Source: an uncultured Gemmatimonadales bacterium (GTDB lineage: Bacteria > Gemmatimonadota > Gemmatimonadetes > Palauibacterales > Palauibacteraceae). Taken from it: 64,000 nt of DNA. The notes beneath the pieces were generated by a model. The model had not been told where the DNA came from. It was given only the letters and a program-made list of their open reading frames with translations, and did not search any database. The position numbers and the translations under genes are program-made. The stretch spans positions 20,908 through 84,907 of the forward strand of contig CAWANJ010000002.1 of NCBI GenBank assembly GCA_963783385.1, read 5' to 3'. This document shows positions 47,975-58,667 of this stretch, in pieces. Numbering within the stretch: the stretch's first letter is position 1; each line of letters opens with the position of its first letter.

Positions 47975-48527
47975 GCGAACCAACGCCCTGAGATACCTTC
48001 ATCAACGCCATAGCCAGAATCCAAATGGCTCGCTTCATGGCAGTCTTCTTACCGAAGGGTTGACCTCAACCCATCTTCATCAATTTCGACAAATTTGACA
48101 ATGTGTCAACACCGACCCGGTCCAAACCCACTCCACTCCGACGCATTGCGAGTCGATATCGTCGGGCGCCGCCCCTCAGGCCCCCGGCACCACCAGCCCG
48201 ATGCCCTTCGACTCCATGGCCGCGTTGAAAGCCGGAACGGTCGTGCCCACGAGGCGCTCGAAATCGGCCCGCGCCTTCTCGAGCCGCCCCTCGAGGAAGT
48301 GGAACACCTCCACGTCCTGCGTGGTGGGGGCGAGGTCGGGACTCCCGGCCACGTCGCCGGCGCCGTCGCCGACCTCGCCGGCCAGCCACACGAGCTTGAG
48401 GTAGAGCTTCATCTCGGCCGGGTAGGTCTTGACGTCCCCGGCGGCCAGGTAGCGCTGGAACAGGAGGTCCTCGACGGCGAGCGCGCTGTCGTCCACGGCC
48501 CGGGCGGCCTCCATGACCGACGCCGAG
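47975..48527 (-). repeat. copy 2 (in situ) of the duplicated segment whose displaced partner is 44960..45494
   Basis: See 44960..45494. Confidence 0.7.
48095..48109. promoter_or_regulatory. perfect palindrome TTGACA-atg-TGTCAA in the intergenic region upstream (minus-strand sense) of the beta-propeller lipoprotein locus
   Basis: 6-3-6 inverted repeat whose half-site equals the sigma-70 -35 consensus. It lies about 57 nt upstream of the conserved MKRAIWILAMALMKV start at 48038. A partial copy (cgtgtcaac) is kept in the displaced repeat at about 45066. Confidence 0.35.
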
Positions 48528-51394
48528 TCGGCCCGGCCCTGCAGACTCACCGGCAGGTCCTCGATCTGCTTCCGGACGACCTCGGTGCGGTTGATCATGC
48601 TCACCACCGCGTCAATGTCGTCGTACACGGCCTTCCACAGCTTCGTCTGCGCCCGGACGTCCGCGAGCGTGCCGGTCGTGTTCGGGTCCTTGAGGACCGT
48701 GAGCGGGGCGGCGAGCGTGTCGCCCCCGGCCGTCACCGTTACCGTGTACGTTCCCGGGTCCACCAGCGGACCCAGCTTCGGGAGGCTCGATCCCCCAGTG
48801 GTAGATCTCGCGCGTGTTCTTTCCGCGGAAGCGCTTCTCCTCCCAGACGTGGCGGGTGCGCGGCGGGCGTGGTGCGGAGCTTCACCTCGCGCGTGGGCGG
48901 CTAGCGGAGGTCCCACCACACGCGGTCGATCCCGGCCTCCCCGGGGCCGGTCAGGCGCCGCACGACCCGGCCCGAGTCATCGGCGATCGTGACCCGCACC
49001 GGCCCCGTCGCCTTCGACGCCGAGGAAGTAGTCGATGTCGGCCCCGTAGGGCGGGTTCCGGCCCCGCGAGCGGTCGTTGGGCACCCCGCGCGGCGTGCTC
49101 ACGGTGCGGAAGCGGTAGGCGTCGCGCGGCCGGAACAGGTGCGCGCTGCGAGGCGAGCACGGCCGGCGTGAGCTGCTCCAGGGGCGAGATGTCGTCCAGG
49201 ATGTAGAGGCCGCGCCCCTTGGTGGCGACCACCAGGTCGTGGAAGTGGCTCTGCACCGTGAGCCAGGTGACCGGCGCGGGCGGGAGCCCGCTCATGAGCC
49301 TGGTCCAGTGCGCGCCGTCGTCGGGCGACACGTACAGGGCGTCCTCGGTGCCGGCGTACAGGAGCCCGGCCCGCACCGGGTCCTCGCGCACCACGTGCAC
49401 GTAGCTCAGGGGCGAGGCCGGGATGCCGGCGCTCAGCTTCTTCCAGCTCTTCCCGTAGTCGTCGGTCTCGTAGATGTAGGGCCGGCGGTCGTCCACCTGG
49501 TGGAAGTCGACGGAGATGTACGCCTTGCCCCTTGCTGGTGCAGGGAGGGGTCGATGTTGCTGATCGTGCCCCACGGCGGCAGGTCCGGGATGTCGGGGGT
49601 CACGTTCGTCCAGTGCGCCCCGCCGTCCCGGGTCACGTGCACGAGCCCGTCGTTGCTCCCGGCCCAGATGACGCCCGCCTCGAGCGGCGACTCGGCGATC
49701 GCGAACAGGGTGCCGCCGTACTCGACCCCCAGGTTGTCGGGGGTGAGGCCGCCCGAGCTCCCCATGCGGCTCGTGTCGTCCAGGGTGAGGTCGGGGCTGA
49801 TCACCTTCCAGCTCCGCCCTCCGTTCGTGGTCTCGTGCACGACCTGGCTGCCCACGTACACGTGGCTCGGGTCCTCGGGCGAGAGAGCGATGGGCTGCGT
49901 CCAGTTCCACCGGTACTTGAGCACCCTGGCCGGCGAGTCCAGCGACTTGTCGGGCCACGGGCTCACGGACTGCCTGTGGCCGGTCTTCAGGTCGAAGCGC
50001 TCCACCTCGCCCGAGTAGCAGCCGCCCCACACCCAGCGGCCGCTCACCGTGTCGGGCCACGTGAAGCCCGACTCGCAGCCGGCCGTCGTGGTCCAGATGG
50101 CCGAGGAGATCCCGCCCCCGGTGAGGCTGTTGCTGGGCCCCCGCACGGAGCCGTCGTCCTGCATGTTGCTGTACACGAAGTAGGGGACCCGATTGTCCAC
50201 CGCCACGTGGTACATCTGCCCGATGGGGAGCACGATGGGGTTCCAGGAGCGGCCCCGGTCCACGCTGATCATGACGCCGCCGTCGTAGCCGATCATCATG
50301 CGGCGGGGGTCCTGCGGGTCGGCCCACATGTCGTGGTCGTCCCCGCCCCACGGAACCCGCTGGATCGTCTCGCCGCCGTCGTGGGTGACGTACATGTAGT
50401 TCGAGGGGAACCACACGGTGCCCGCGTCGTCGGGGGCGATCAGCATGCGCGTGTAGTAGTGGGGGCGCTCGTCGATGAGCCGGTTCCAGCTCACGATCCG
50501 CCAGCGGTGGCCGCCGTCGTCGGAGCGCCACAGGGAGCCCGCCCCGCCCGTCTCGATGAGCGCGTACACGCGGCTCGGGTCGCTGCGGGCCACGGCCACG
50601 TCGATCTTGCCGACGGGGGAGGGGGGCAGGCCGTCCTCCGCGCCCAGCCGGCTCCAGTGGTCGCCGCCGTCCCGGGTCACGAACACGCCGCTCCCGGGGC
50701 CGCCCGAGTCCTGCCCCCAGGTGTGGATCACGAACTGCCAGGTGCCGGCGAACAGGACGTCCGGGTCGTGGGGGTCGAGGGCGAGCCCCGAGCAGCCGGT
50801 GTGCTCGTCGACGAACAGGACCTTCTTCCAGGTGCGGCCGCCGTCCTCGGTGCGGTACACGCCGCGCTCGGGCTGCTCGCCGTAGCCCCGCCCCATGGCG
50901 CAGGCGTACACGCGGTCCGGGTCGCGCGGGTCGATCACGATGCGCCCGATGCGGCCGGTGGCCTCGAGCCCCATGTGGTGCCAGGTGCGGCCGCCGTCGG
51001 TCGACTTGTAGATCCCGTCGCCCAGGGAGACGTTGCTCCGGATGAAGGGCTCGCCCGTCCCCACCCACACGGTGCTCGGCCGGCCCGGGTCGACCGCGAT
51101 CGAGCCGATGGACTGGACGTCGGTCGAGTCGAAGATGGGCCGCCAGTGGGCGCCGGCATCGGTGGACTTCCACACGCCGCCCGAGGCGGCGCCCACGTAG
51201 TAGACGTTCGGGTTCCCGGGCTCGCCCACCACCGCGCTCACCCGGTTGCCGCCCGGCCCGATGAAGCGGTAGCGGAGCTGCTGCAGGTGGGAGGGATCGA
51301 GCTGCTGGGCGGCGGCCGGGGAGGGGCGGAGCAGCGCCGGCATGGCGAGAACGGCGGCCGCCGCGAGGAGAGCCGGCAGGCGCGCGCCCCTCAT
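48176..51394 (-). CDS. sortilin/Vps10-like BNR (Asp-box) repeat protein, about 1070 codons; the reading frame is interrupted at least twice, so it is a possible pseudogene or carries indel errors
   Basis: ATG 51394 with a GGGAGGG RBS. Signal peptide MRGARLPALLAAAAVLAMPALLRPSPAAAQQ. There are many SxDxGxTW motifs (STDAGAHWR, STDGGRTWH, TEDGGRTWK, TRDGGDHWS, SDDGGHRWR, THDGGETIQ, SVDRGRSWN, TTNGGRSWK, TRDGGAHWT). The body runs in frame H (ORF 49433..51835), switches to ORF 48951..51506 near 49550, and then to ORF 48176..48919. Confidence 0.6.
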
Positions 51395-53548
51395 CACTTC
51401 CCTCCCAGTCCGACCTGCCGCATGGCGAACGCCTGCTCCATGGCCTGGTCCTCGATCGAGACGTCGAACGGCCGCCCCCGGCCCGCGGCGTGTCCCTCGC
51501 GGGCACGGAGCCGGTAGATCACCGGGAGGCCCGAGGTGGTGGCGTGCTGGAGCTCCGCCGCGAAGCCGCGGCCCTGCCGCGGCGGGACCCGGGTGTCGTG
51601 GCCGCCCGAGAACACGAACACGGCCGGGTAGCGGGTGCCGTCGGTCACGTGCTCGTAGGGCGAGAACGCCTCCAGCCAGCGGAACTGGACCGGGTCGGCC
51701 GCGTCCCCGTACTCGTGGATGGCGGGCATGTTGTTGCGGTGCGTGAAGGTCACGAAGCGGTCCATGTCGAGGTCGGGGAAGCCGCACAGCACGGCCCGGA
51801 ACAGCTCCGGGCCCCTGCGTGACCGCCGCGCCCATGAGGAGCCCGCCGTTGCTCTCGCCGTGGATGGCCAGGGTGGAGGGCTTCCGTGTAGCCCCGGTCC
51901 TCCAGCCAGCGGGCCGCGGCCAGGAAGTCGTCGAACACGTGCTGCTTGTTCTTCAGCATGCCCCCCTCGTGCCACGCCTCCCCGAACTCGCTCCCACCCC
52001 GCAGGTTGGCCAGGGCCCAGATCCCGCCCCGCTCGGCCCACAGGGCCGCCTCGGCGCTGAAGTGCGGGGTGATGGCCACGTCGAAGCCGCCGTAGCCGGT
52101 GAGCATGGTGGGCACGGGCTTCCCGGCCGGGAGGTCCCGCCGGTGCACCAGGAACATCGGCACCCGCGTGCCGTCCTTCGACGCGGTACCACACCTGCTC
52201 GACCTCGATCCCCGCCGAGTCGAAGGGCACGCGCGAGGGCTCGTACACCGTGCGCTCGCCGGTCTTCGGGTCGAGGACGTAGGTGACGCCGGGGCTCGTG
52301 AACGAGCGCACGGACAGGAACGCCTTCCCGCCCGGGGCCGGCCGGATGCTGGCGCTGGACAGCGGCGGCAGCGGCACTTCGCCCTCCGGCGTCCCATCCA
52401 GTCCGAAGATCCGGATCCGGGCCGACACGTCGTGCAGGTAGGTGGCGTAGATCTTCTTCCCGATGAAGGCGTAGCCGGTGAGCACGTCGCCGGTCTGGGG
52501 CAGGATCTCCCTCCAGCCGTCCGGGCCGGGCCGGGAGGGATCGGCCACCACCAGCCGGTAGCGGGGCGCCAGCCAGTCGGTGAGGATCCACAGCTTGCCG
52601 TCGTGCGGCGCGGATCCGCGCGTGCATCGGGAGCCCGCCGGTCACCGACACGCGGTGGCTACCGTCGGCGTCCTCGATCCACGCCTCGTCCCGCAGCCAC
52701 CCCACCGCCTCGGTGACCAGGCGGCGGCCGTCCTCCAGGGTGCGGACGCCCACGAAGCGGTCCGGCCCGGCGTGCGGGTCGTAGACCACGGAGTCCCCGG
52801 CCGGGTCGGTGCCGAGGCGGTGCCGGTACAGCCGCGAGCCCGTCTCCCGGGAGCGCAGCACGTAGGTGATGGCGCGGCCGTCCGGCGCGAAGGAGGCCTC
52901 GTCGTACAGGGCGGGCGGGAAGCGGTCGGGGAGGTCCGTCCCCCGGCCCACGTCGCGCACCCGGAGGGCGGTCTCGTCCGCGCCCCCGTCACGGAGGTCG
53001 TAGAGCACCAGGCGCCCGTCGTGGGACACGTCCCGGAGCTCGACCCGCGTCCACCCGGTCGAGTCGATCGCCAGCGGGTCCACGACCTCCTCGTACTTCC
53101 CGTCCGGGTCGACCGGGACGATCGAGTCCGCCGGCGGGGCGGGGCGGCGGAAGATGCCGGCCACGGGATCGCCCGGCCGGCGAAGGCTGAAGTACTCCCA
53201 CTTCCCGGCGCGGCGCGGACTCCCGATCTGGGGCACGTCCTCCAGCCGCCGGAGCTCGGCCCGCAGCGAGTCGCGCAGCGGCGTCTCGCCGACCACCCGC
53301 TCGGCGTAGGCGCTCTCGGCCGCGATCCACGTCTTCACCTCCGGGGCGCTCCCGTCGGCCAGCCACAGGTAGGGGTCCGAGAATCGCTGGCCGTGCACCG
53401 TGAAGGTGGCCGTGTCGCGGCGGGTGGCGGGCGGCTGCGGGGCCGATCCCGCCGAGCCGGCGGGCCGGCAGCCCGCCGCGATGCAGGCGAGGGCCGTCGC
53501 GAGGAGGAGGGAGGGGAGGCCGGCGCGACGGCGGGATGCTCTCGGCAT
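51394..53548 (-). CDS. S9A prolyl oligopeptidase family lipoprotein, about 718 codons; the frame is interrupted at least three times, so it is a possible pseudogene or carries indel errors
   Basis: Start 53548, lipobox MPRASRRRAGLPSLLLATALACIAAGC. N-terminal propeller (HGQRFSDPYLWLADGSAPEVKTWIAAESAYAE...) in ORF 51953..53548. The catalytic domain is split between ORF 51750..52397 (LTGYGGFDVAITPHFSAEAALWAERGGIWALANLRGGSEFGEAWHEGG) and ORF 51394..52551 (PELFRAVLCGFPDLDMDRF...VFVFSGGHDTRVPP). The stop TGA overlaps the downstream BNR ATG (TGATG). Confidence 0.6.
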
Positions 53549-53556
53549 GGCGTTCC

Positions 53557-54987
53557 CTACTTCTTCAGGTCGAGGTGATAGAGCCGGATGGCGTTGTCAC
53601 GGAGGACCATGCGGGCCAGCTGCTCGGCGCGCGCGCGGTCGATCTCCCCCTCCCGCATCAGCCGCGTGAGCGCCAGCCCCAGGGCGCGGCGGGCGGTGTG
53701 CGAGGCCACCCAGGCGCCCTCCTCCCAGCCCTGGTCGGGGCCGCCCTGGAAGGAGTCGGTGCCGAACAGGACCTTGTCGGGGAAGCGCATCAGCCAGTGC
53801 TCGAGGACGCCGGCCAGCTCGTCCGGGGCCAGCATCTGGTCCATCATCGAGAAGTCCGCGTACACGTTGGGCTTGCTGATCATGGCCTCCGTCTCGCCCC
53901 ACGCGGGCCAGCCGCCGTGGAGCATGACGAAGTTCGTGTTCCGGAGGGTGGAGTCGTCGAACACCGGCTCCAGTCGCTCGGGCCGCGCCCCGGCCGCGTC
54001 GTAGTAGCCCCCGAACGTCTCGAGCACGTGCAGGTGCACGGCGAGCCCGAGCCGCCCCGCCTCGTGGGCGATGACCCGGAACAGGTAGTCCTCCAGCGTC
54101 TTGTACTCGGCGTGCGTGGGCGCCCCTCCGCCCACGTACTTCGCGTACACGCGGTGGGCCGCCGCCGGGTCCGGGGCCGCGAAGTCCAGGCTCCGCAGGT
54201 AGGCCGCCTCGAACTTGACCGCCACCGCCCCGGCCTTCTCCTGTCGCTCGAGCGTCGGCACGATGACGCGGACGATGTACTCGTCCAGGGAGCGGGGCGG
54301 GGCGCGGAAGCCCAGATCGTCCAGGTAGCGCCGCAGGAGGGCCGCCTCCCTGGGGTACAGGGAGCGCGTGTCCGGCGTGCGCGCCGCCTCTCGCCGCGTG
54401 TCGAGCGGGAAGAGGAGCGCGTCGTCGAACGGGACCCAGCGGAACCGGATCGCATCGAGCCCCGGACCCATGGCCACCCGGTTGGCGAACATCACCTGGA
54501 TCCCGGCCTGGTCCAGGGCCCAGTCCGGGAAGCCGTTCCCCAGCGCCCGGAGCGCGCTGTCCCGGGCCGCCTCCAGCGCCTTCCTCCCGGCGGCATCCGT
54601 ATCGGCGGCCGCGGGTCCGTACAGGGCCGCGGCCGCCCGGGACCACACCGGCGACGCCAGGGTCAGGCGCCACGGGAGGGGGAAGGGCGGGATTCCGTCC
54701 AAAGGAAGGGCGTCGAACTCGGTGTCGGGCGGGGCGCCGGGCGGGATGGGCCGCATCGGGTGCGCGTGGTTGTCGACCGCGCGGATCCCGGCGATGGTGC
54801 GGGCCAGGCCCGAGTCCACGGCCATGGCGCCGCGCCCCGGGCCGCCGCGCGACGCTCCGGCACGTGGGCTCGACTGCGCCGCGACCGGGCCGGCCGAGAG
54901 CAGGAGAGCCAGGGCGAGGACGGACGGGGCGGCGACCGGGGCGCGAGGCAGCGCGAACGGACCGGTCCAGGACGGGCTTCGACGCAT
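53557..54987 (-). CDS. secreted amidohydrolase-family (TIM-barrel metal-dependent hydrolase) protein
   Basis: Signal peptide MRRSPSWTGPFALPRAPVAAPSVLALALLLSAGPVAAQ. Motifs AVDNHAHP, AVHLHVLE, VMLHGGWP and GTDSF are consistent with the amidohydrolase_2 type metal ligands. The frame is intact over 476 codons. Confidence 0.75.
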   Translation of the reverse strand: MRRSPSWTGPFALPRAPVAAPSVLALALLLSAGPVAAQSSPRAGASRGGPGRGAMAVDSGLARTIAGIRAVDNHAHPMRPIPPGAPPDTEFDALPLDGIPPFPLPWRLTLASPVWSRAAAALYGPAAADTDAAGRKALEAARDSALRALGNGFPDWALDQAGIQVMFANRVAMGPGLDAIRFRWVPFDDALLFPLDTRREAARTPDTRSLYPREAALLRRYLDDLGFRAPPRSLDEYIVRVIVPTLERQEKAGAVAVKFEAAYLRSLDFAAPDPAAAHRVYAKYVGGGAPTHAEYKTLEDYLFRVIAHEAGRLGLAVHLHVLETFGGYYDAAGARPERLEPVFDDSTLRNTNFVMLHGGWPAWGETEAMISKPNVYADFSMMDQMLAPDELAGVLEHWLMRFPDKVLFGTDSFQGGPDQGWEEGAWVASHTARRALGLALTRLMREGEIDRARAEQLARMVLRDNAIRLYHLDLKK

Positions 54988-54997
54988 GGGGGCTTCC

Positions 54998-55828
54998 TCA
55001 GCTCATCAGGGTGTCGAGGTGGGCGGCGAGGCTGTCGGGCCCCATCCAGCTGGACTGACAGCCCATGCAGTAGCCCGCCACCTTCCCCTCCGGGTCGACC
55101 AGGACCATCTCCGGCACGCCGGTGACACGATAGCGCACGTCCACGCCGCCCTCGGCCATCACGATCGGGTAGGCGCGGCCGCCGTGCGCCCGCAGCCAGT
55201 CCGCGGCCCGATCGGGCGAGTCCTGGAAGAGGATCCCGAGGATCGAGAACTTCGTGCCCCGCGTGCGCCGCGCGAGGCGGAGGAGGGAGGGGTACTCCTC
55301 CTGGCAGGGCTCGCACCACGTCCCGAAGATCGAGACCAGGACCCAGCGGCCCCGGTAGTCGCGGAGCTGCACGCTGTCCGAGGTGAGCACCCGCCCGTCC
55401 GGCGCGAGCCGCGGCAGAGTGAAGTCCGGGGCCCGCGTGCCCGAGTCGGGGAAGGCCTTCTCGCGGTGGGGCTCCTCGATCGGACCGTGAGCGCACAGAT
55501 AGGTCACCACGCCCCGCTCCAGGGCGCTGTCGGCGCGCTGCTCGAACAGCGCCGCCAGGTGGCCGGCGCGGGCGAAGTCGTGCTCCCCTTCGGCCCGGTG
55601 GATGACCTGGAGCGCGAAGCCCCGGACCAGGGCCTTCTGGGCGGGCGTCGACGCCCGGGACCGAACGGCGTCACTCCCGCACGCGTATTCCAGCGAAACG
55701 CTGCCGTCGGGACTCTCGAGGCGGACCTTTCGGGCGCAGCCGGCCAGCAGGAGGGAGGCGACCAGGACCCCGGCGGCGAGCGCCGCCGGGATCGATCGCG
55801 GGTGGGCGGAGGGGAGCGCTCCGGTCAC
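54998..55828 (-). CDS. TlpA-like thiol:disulfide oxidoreductase lipoprotein (thioredoxin fold, WCEPC active site)
   Basis: Lipobox ...VLVASLLLAGC. The C-terminal thioredoxin-like domain has FTLPRL...GRWVLVSIFGTWCEPCQEEYPSL. An N-terminal ~120-aa extra domain is present. Confidence 0.75.
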   Translation of the reverse strand: MTGALPSAHPRSIPAALAAGVLVASLLLAGCARKVRLESPDGSVSLEYACGSDAVRSRASTPAQKALVRGFALQVIHRAEGEHDFARAGHLAALFEQRADSALERGVVTYLCAHGPIEEPHREKAFPDSGTRAPDFTLPRLAPDGRVLTSDSVQLRDYRGRWVLVSIFGTWCEPCQEEYPSLLRLARRTRGTKFSILGILFQDSPDRAADWLRAHGGRAYPIVMAEGGVDVRYRVTGVPEMVLVDPEGKVAGYCMGCQSSWMGPDSLAAHLDTLMS

Positions 55829-56031
55829 GGACCCCGCGAGCCCGCCCCGGCCTTGCGGAGGATGCGTCGTCCGATGACGACGCCGGCGAGGCCGACCACC
55901 ATGGCGGCGAGCGACATGAGGTCCATACCGCCGCCCCGCGTGAGGGCCATCACGAAGGAGACAAGCCCCACCAGGAAGACGATGATGCCGAGCACGATCG
56001 TGAACTTCGGGAGCGTCGAGGAGCTTGCCAT
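55825..56031 (-). CDS. small membrane protein (68 aa, 2 TM helices)
   Basis: MASSSTLPKFTIVLGIIVFLVGLVSFVMALTRGGGMDLMSLAAMVVGLAGVVIGRRILRK. Its stop overlaps the TlpA-like start (ATGA). The rest of ORF 55825..56433 is not coding-like. Confidence 0.5.
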   Translation of the reverse strand: MASSSTLPKFTIVLGIIVFLVGLVSFVMALTRGGGMDLMSLAAMVVGLAGVVIGRRILRKAGAGSRGP

Positions 56032-56433
56032 GGTCACTGCCTCCAGCGCGGGTGGAGTGCCGTGCGCGGCCGGCCGCAATCGAGGCCGCCGCGCGGGTTC
56101 ATTAGACGCGTACCGAGAGTCCGAACAGAGCCCCCGATCCCAGGACGAAGCCCAGGTCGTACCAGCGTCCCCGGTTCCGGGTCTCGTAAATGCCGACGGC
56201 CGGCCACACGAGGCTGACCAGGAACGCCAGTCCCATGAGGACGCCATGCCAAAGTCCGGCCCAGAATCCAGCCGGGTCCACCAGCGGGTTCTTCCATCGG
56301 GAGCCCGGATCCGGCGAGACCTATCGGGTTCGCCACGATTACACCTCCTCGGCGCGAGGACGACTCCCCTGAAGGTCGGGAATTCCCCGCGTCCAGCCAA
56401 GGGGCACCATCGGGCGCGTAGCCAGGGAGCCAA

Positions 56434-57621
56434 TCAGCGCTCCAGTCGGAAGCGCTCGACGCGCTCGACCCCATCGCGTCCCCTGGCGACTCCGAGCAGG
56501 TAGGCTTCGCCGATCTCCTCCACGTGCAGGCCGGCCGGCGTCTGGATCGACCCGAGCGGTCGGCCGCCCTCGAACACTACCCAGCGCCGGGGGCCGCTCG
56601 CCGTGTCCGGGAGGAGCCGCCGGGCCCACACGTCGCCCAGGCGATCGACGAGGACGCGGTCGAACAGGGGCTGCCGGCGCGGCCGGGACATCGCGGCGTA
56701 GACCCGTCGGAGCCGGGCCGCCTCACGCGCGTCCCCATCTCCGTCCGTCAGCTGTCGGACGGCGTTCGTGAACGCAGAGCGTGGAAGGTCCGGCAGGCCG
56801 CCCAGCACCCGGACGATCCGCAGGAGCCGCCCGTCGACCCTGTAGGTCCGAATCTCGGGAACGTGCGTGAGGACCACGTACACCAGGTCGCCCGCGACGA
56901 CCGCCGCCGGTTGCGCCGTGAAAGGCACGGGCGTGAACCCGAATCTGCGGCCCTCCTTCCAAAGATACAGGGAGGCGCCCGGCGCGACGGCTACGGTATC
57001 CAGGATGCCGGCTCGGGGATCGGCCGTCGCGAATACGACCGAATTCGCGATCTCGCCTTCCTGCGAGTCGGGCCCCGCGCTCGCCGTGCTGCTCTCCGTG
57101 ACGATGCGTCCGCCCGAGACGCGCCCCACGGGGCTTCCGATGAACGCGGTGAGGGGGATCGTTCGGACGAACCGACCCTGGCCGTTGAGCACGCTGAAGC
57201 GCCGGGCCTCGGGGTCGAACACTACGATCGTGTCCGCGGACGTGACCGCGAGGAGGGCGGGGAAGCGGAACTCGCCCGGCCCGTCCCCCTCTCCGCCCAC
57301 CGAACGCACGAGGCGGCCCGTGCCATCGTAGAAGCGGAGCTCGTGCGTGCCGCCGTTGACCACCAGGATACGGCCGTCGTCGAGCTGCGCCACGCCCGTG
57401 ACGGCGAACAGCAGGTCGGCGGAGTCGCCCTGCGCGGCGCCAATGACCAGGTTCGGCTGAGCGGAGACCTGCCAGCCGGACGGACGCTCGATGAGCGACC
57501 GGGGTGTCGCGACGATGCGGACGCCGTCGCTGTCCCGCTCGGTGACCGTCCCGGGGTGACGCTCGCCCCCGCAGGCCGCCGCGGCCAGCGCCAGGCCGAA
57601 GGCCACCGCGACCGCGACCAC
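56434..57621 (-). CDS. six-bladed beta-propeller-type lipoprotein (intact paralogue of the 46604..47811 locus)
   Basis: GTG start at 57621 gives the lipobox VAVAVAFGLALAAAAC. Repeats with GxGPGEF cores (VGGEGDGPGEFRFPALLAV). 396 codons. Confidence 0.6.
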   Translation of the reverse strand: MVAVAVAFGLALAAAACGGERHPGTVTERDSDGVRIVATPRSLIERPSGWQVSAQPNLVIGAAQGDSADLLFAVTGVAQLDDGRILVVNGGTHELRFYDGTGRLVRSVGGEGDGPGEFRFPALLAVTSADTIVVFDPEARRFSVLNGQGRFVRTIPLTAFIGSPVGRVSGGRIVTESSTASAGPDSQEGEIANSVVFATADPRAGILDTVAVAPGASLYLWKEGRRFGFTPVPFTAQPAAVVAGDLVYVVLTHVPEIRTYRVDGRLLRIVRVLGGLPDLPRSAFTNAVRQLTDGDGDAREAARLRRVYAAMSRPRRQPLFDRVLVDRLGDVWARRLLPDTASGPRRWVVFEGGRPLGSIQTPAGLHVEEIGEAYLLGVARGRDGVERVERFRLER

Positions 57622-57695
57622 GGACGCTCGTGCCGCCGCGGCGACGGGCCGCGACCCGCCCGGGGCGCCCGTGGAGGCGCGCCGGCGCCCGCGAC

Positions 57696-58013
57696 TCACG
57701 CCTCGGGCAGCGAGTCCCGGTCCTTCCAGCTCCACCACTTCAGGAGCTCGGGATCGTGCTCCTCGTGCGAGGCGAAGTAGACGGCGCAGCGGAAGGCGTA
57801 CAGGACGCAGCGGTCCACGCGACACCCGCACCGCTGGCAGTGGCGCTGGTAGAGCTCCTCCGGATCGGCCGTGCCGAGCTCGTCGAGGCCGCGGATGCCG
57901 AGCGCCACCAGGTCCCGGCCGAGGCTGGGACCAATGCCGGGAGCCGCCTGCAACTCCTCCAGGGCACGCTGGCGGTCGTCGAGCACCGTCTCCCCATTCG
58001 CTCGTCCGAGCAT
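57696..58013 (-). CDS. helix-hairpin-helix DNA-binding protein of the Cdd1 (pathogenicity-locus, PF11731-like) family
   Basis: From ATG 58013 the sequence is LEELQAAPGIGPSLGRDLVALGIRGLDELGTADPEELYQRHCQRCG followed by a Cys-rich tail. Confidence 0.55.
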   Translation of the reverse strand: MLGRANGETVLDDRQRALEELQAAPGIGPSLGRDLVALGIRGLDELGTADPEELYQRHCQRCGCRVDRCVLYAFRCAVYFASHEEHDPELLKWWSWKDRDSLPEA

Positions 58014-58042
58014 GCGCGTGGTCCTTTCGTGCTCGCGCCCCG

Positions 58043-58552
58043 TCAGGAGCCGGGCTGGTTGAAGTTGAACATGTCGACCATCACCTTCCAGTGGCCGTCT
58101 CGCTTCACCCACACGACCAGGTACTTCCCCTCGGCCTTGCGGGTCCCGCCGCCCTCTGCCGGTAGCTCGAGCGTTCCGTGACCGATGTCGTAGGCCATGT
58201 CGCCGGATGCGGAGACCCGGATCACGTTCGGTCCGAACGTCACGGAGGGCAGGCCCAGCATGGCGGCCCAGCCCTGTCGGATCGCGTCGTGGCCGACGGC
58301 GGCCGCCTCACCGGGACCCATCAGGCGCCCGTCTTCGGCGTACATGTCCACGATTCCGGCCGTGTCGTGGTCGGCGACCATCTGCACCCATCGCTGGTCC
58401 AGGCTCCGGATCGAGTCGGCGGCGGCGGCCAGCCCCGCGCTGTCGGGCAGGGCCATCGCGCCAGCCCCCGCCGTGCCCTGCCGCGGAGGCTGGCAGCCTC
58501 CCAGGGCGAGAAGCAGCACGGGCAGGGCGAGCAGTCCCCCGGGTCGTCGCAT
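58043..58552 (-). CDS. SnoaL-like/DUF4440 (NTF2-fold) lipoprotein
   Basis: Lipobox MRRPGGLLALPVLLLALGGC. Then WVQMVADHDTAGIVDMYAEDGRLMGP...GKYLVVWVKRDGHWKVMVDMFN, which is typical of the NTF2-like fold. Confidence 0.6.
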   Translation of the reverse strand: MRRPGGLLALPVLLLALGGCQPPRQGTAGAGAMALPDSAGLAAAADSIRSLDQRWVQMVADHDTAGIVDMYAEDGRLMGPGEAAAVGHDAIRQGWAAMLGLPSVTFGPNVIRVSASGDMAYDIGHGTLELPAEGGGTRKAEGKYLVVWVKRDGHWKVMVDMFNFNQPGS

Positions 58553-58667
58553 GTCGTCCTCCGGTTCGGTGTGACGGTCGATCGACATCGCGCGAGCCCG
58601 GTCCCGCGGCAGGACCGGGTGTCCCAATGTCGACTTACTCCCGCCGCCGCGCCATGCCCCCGGCTCT

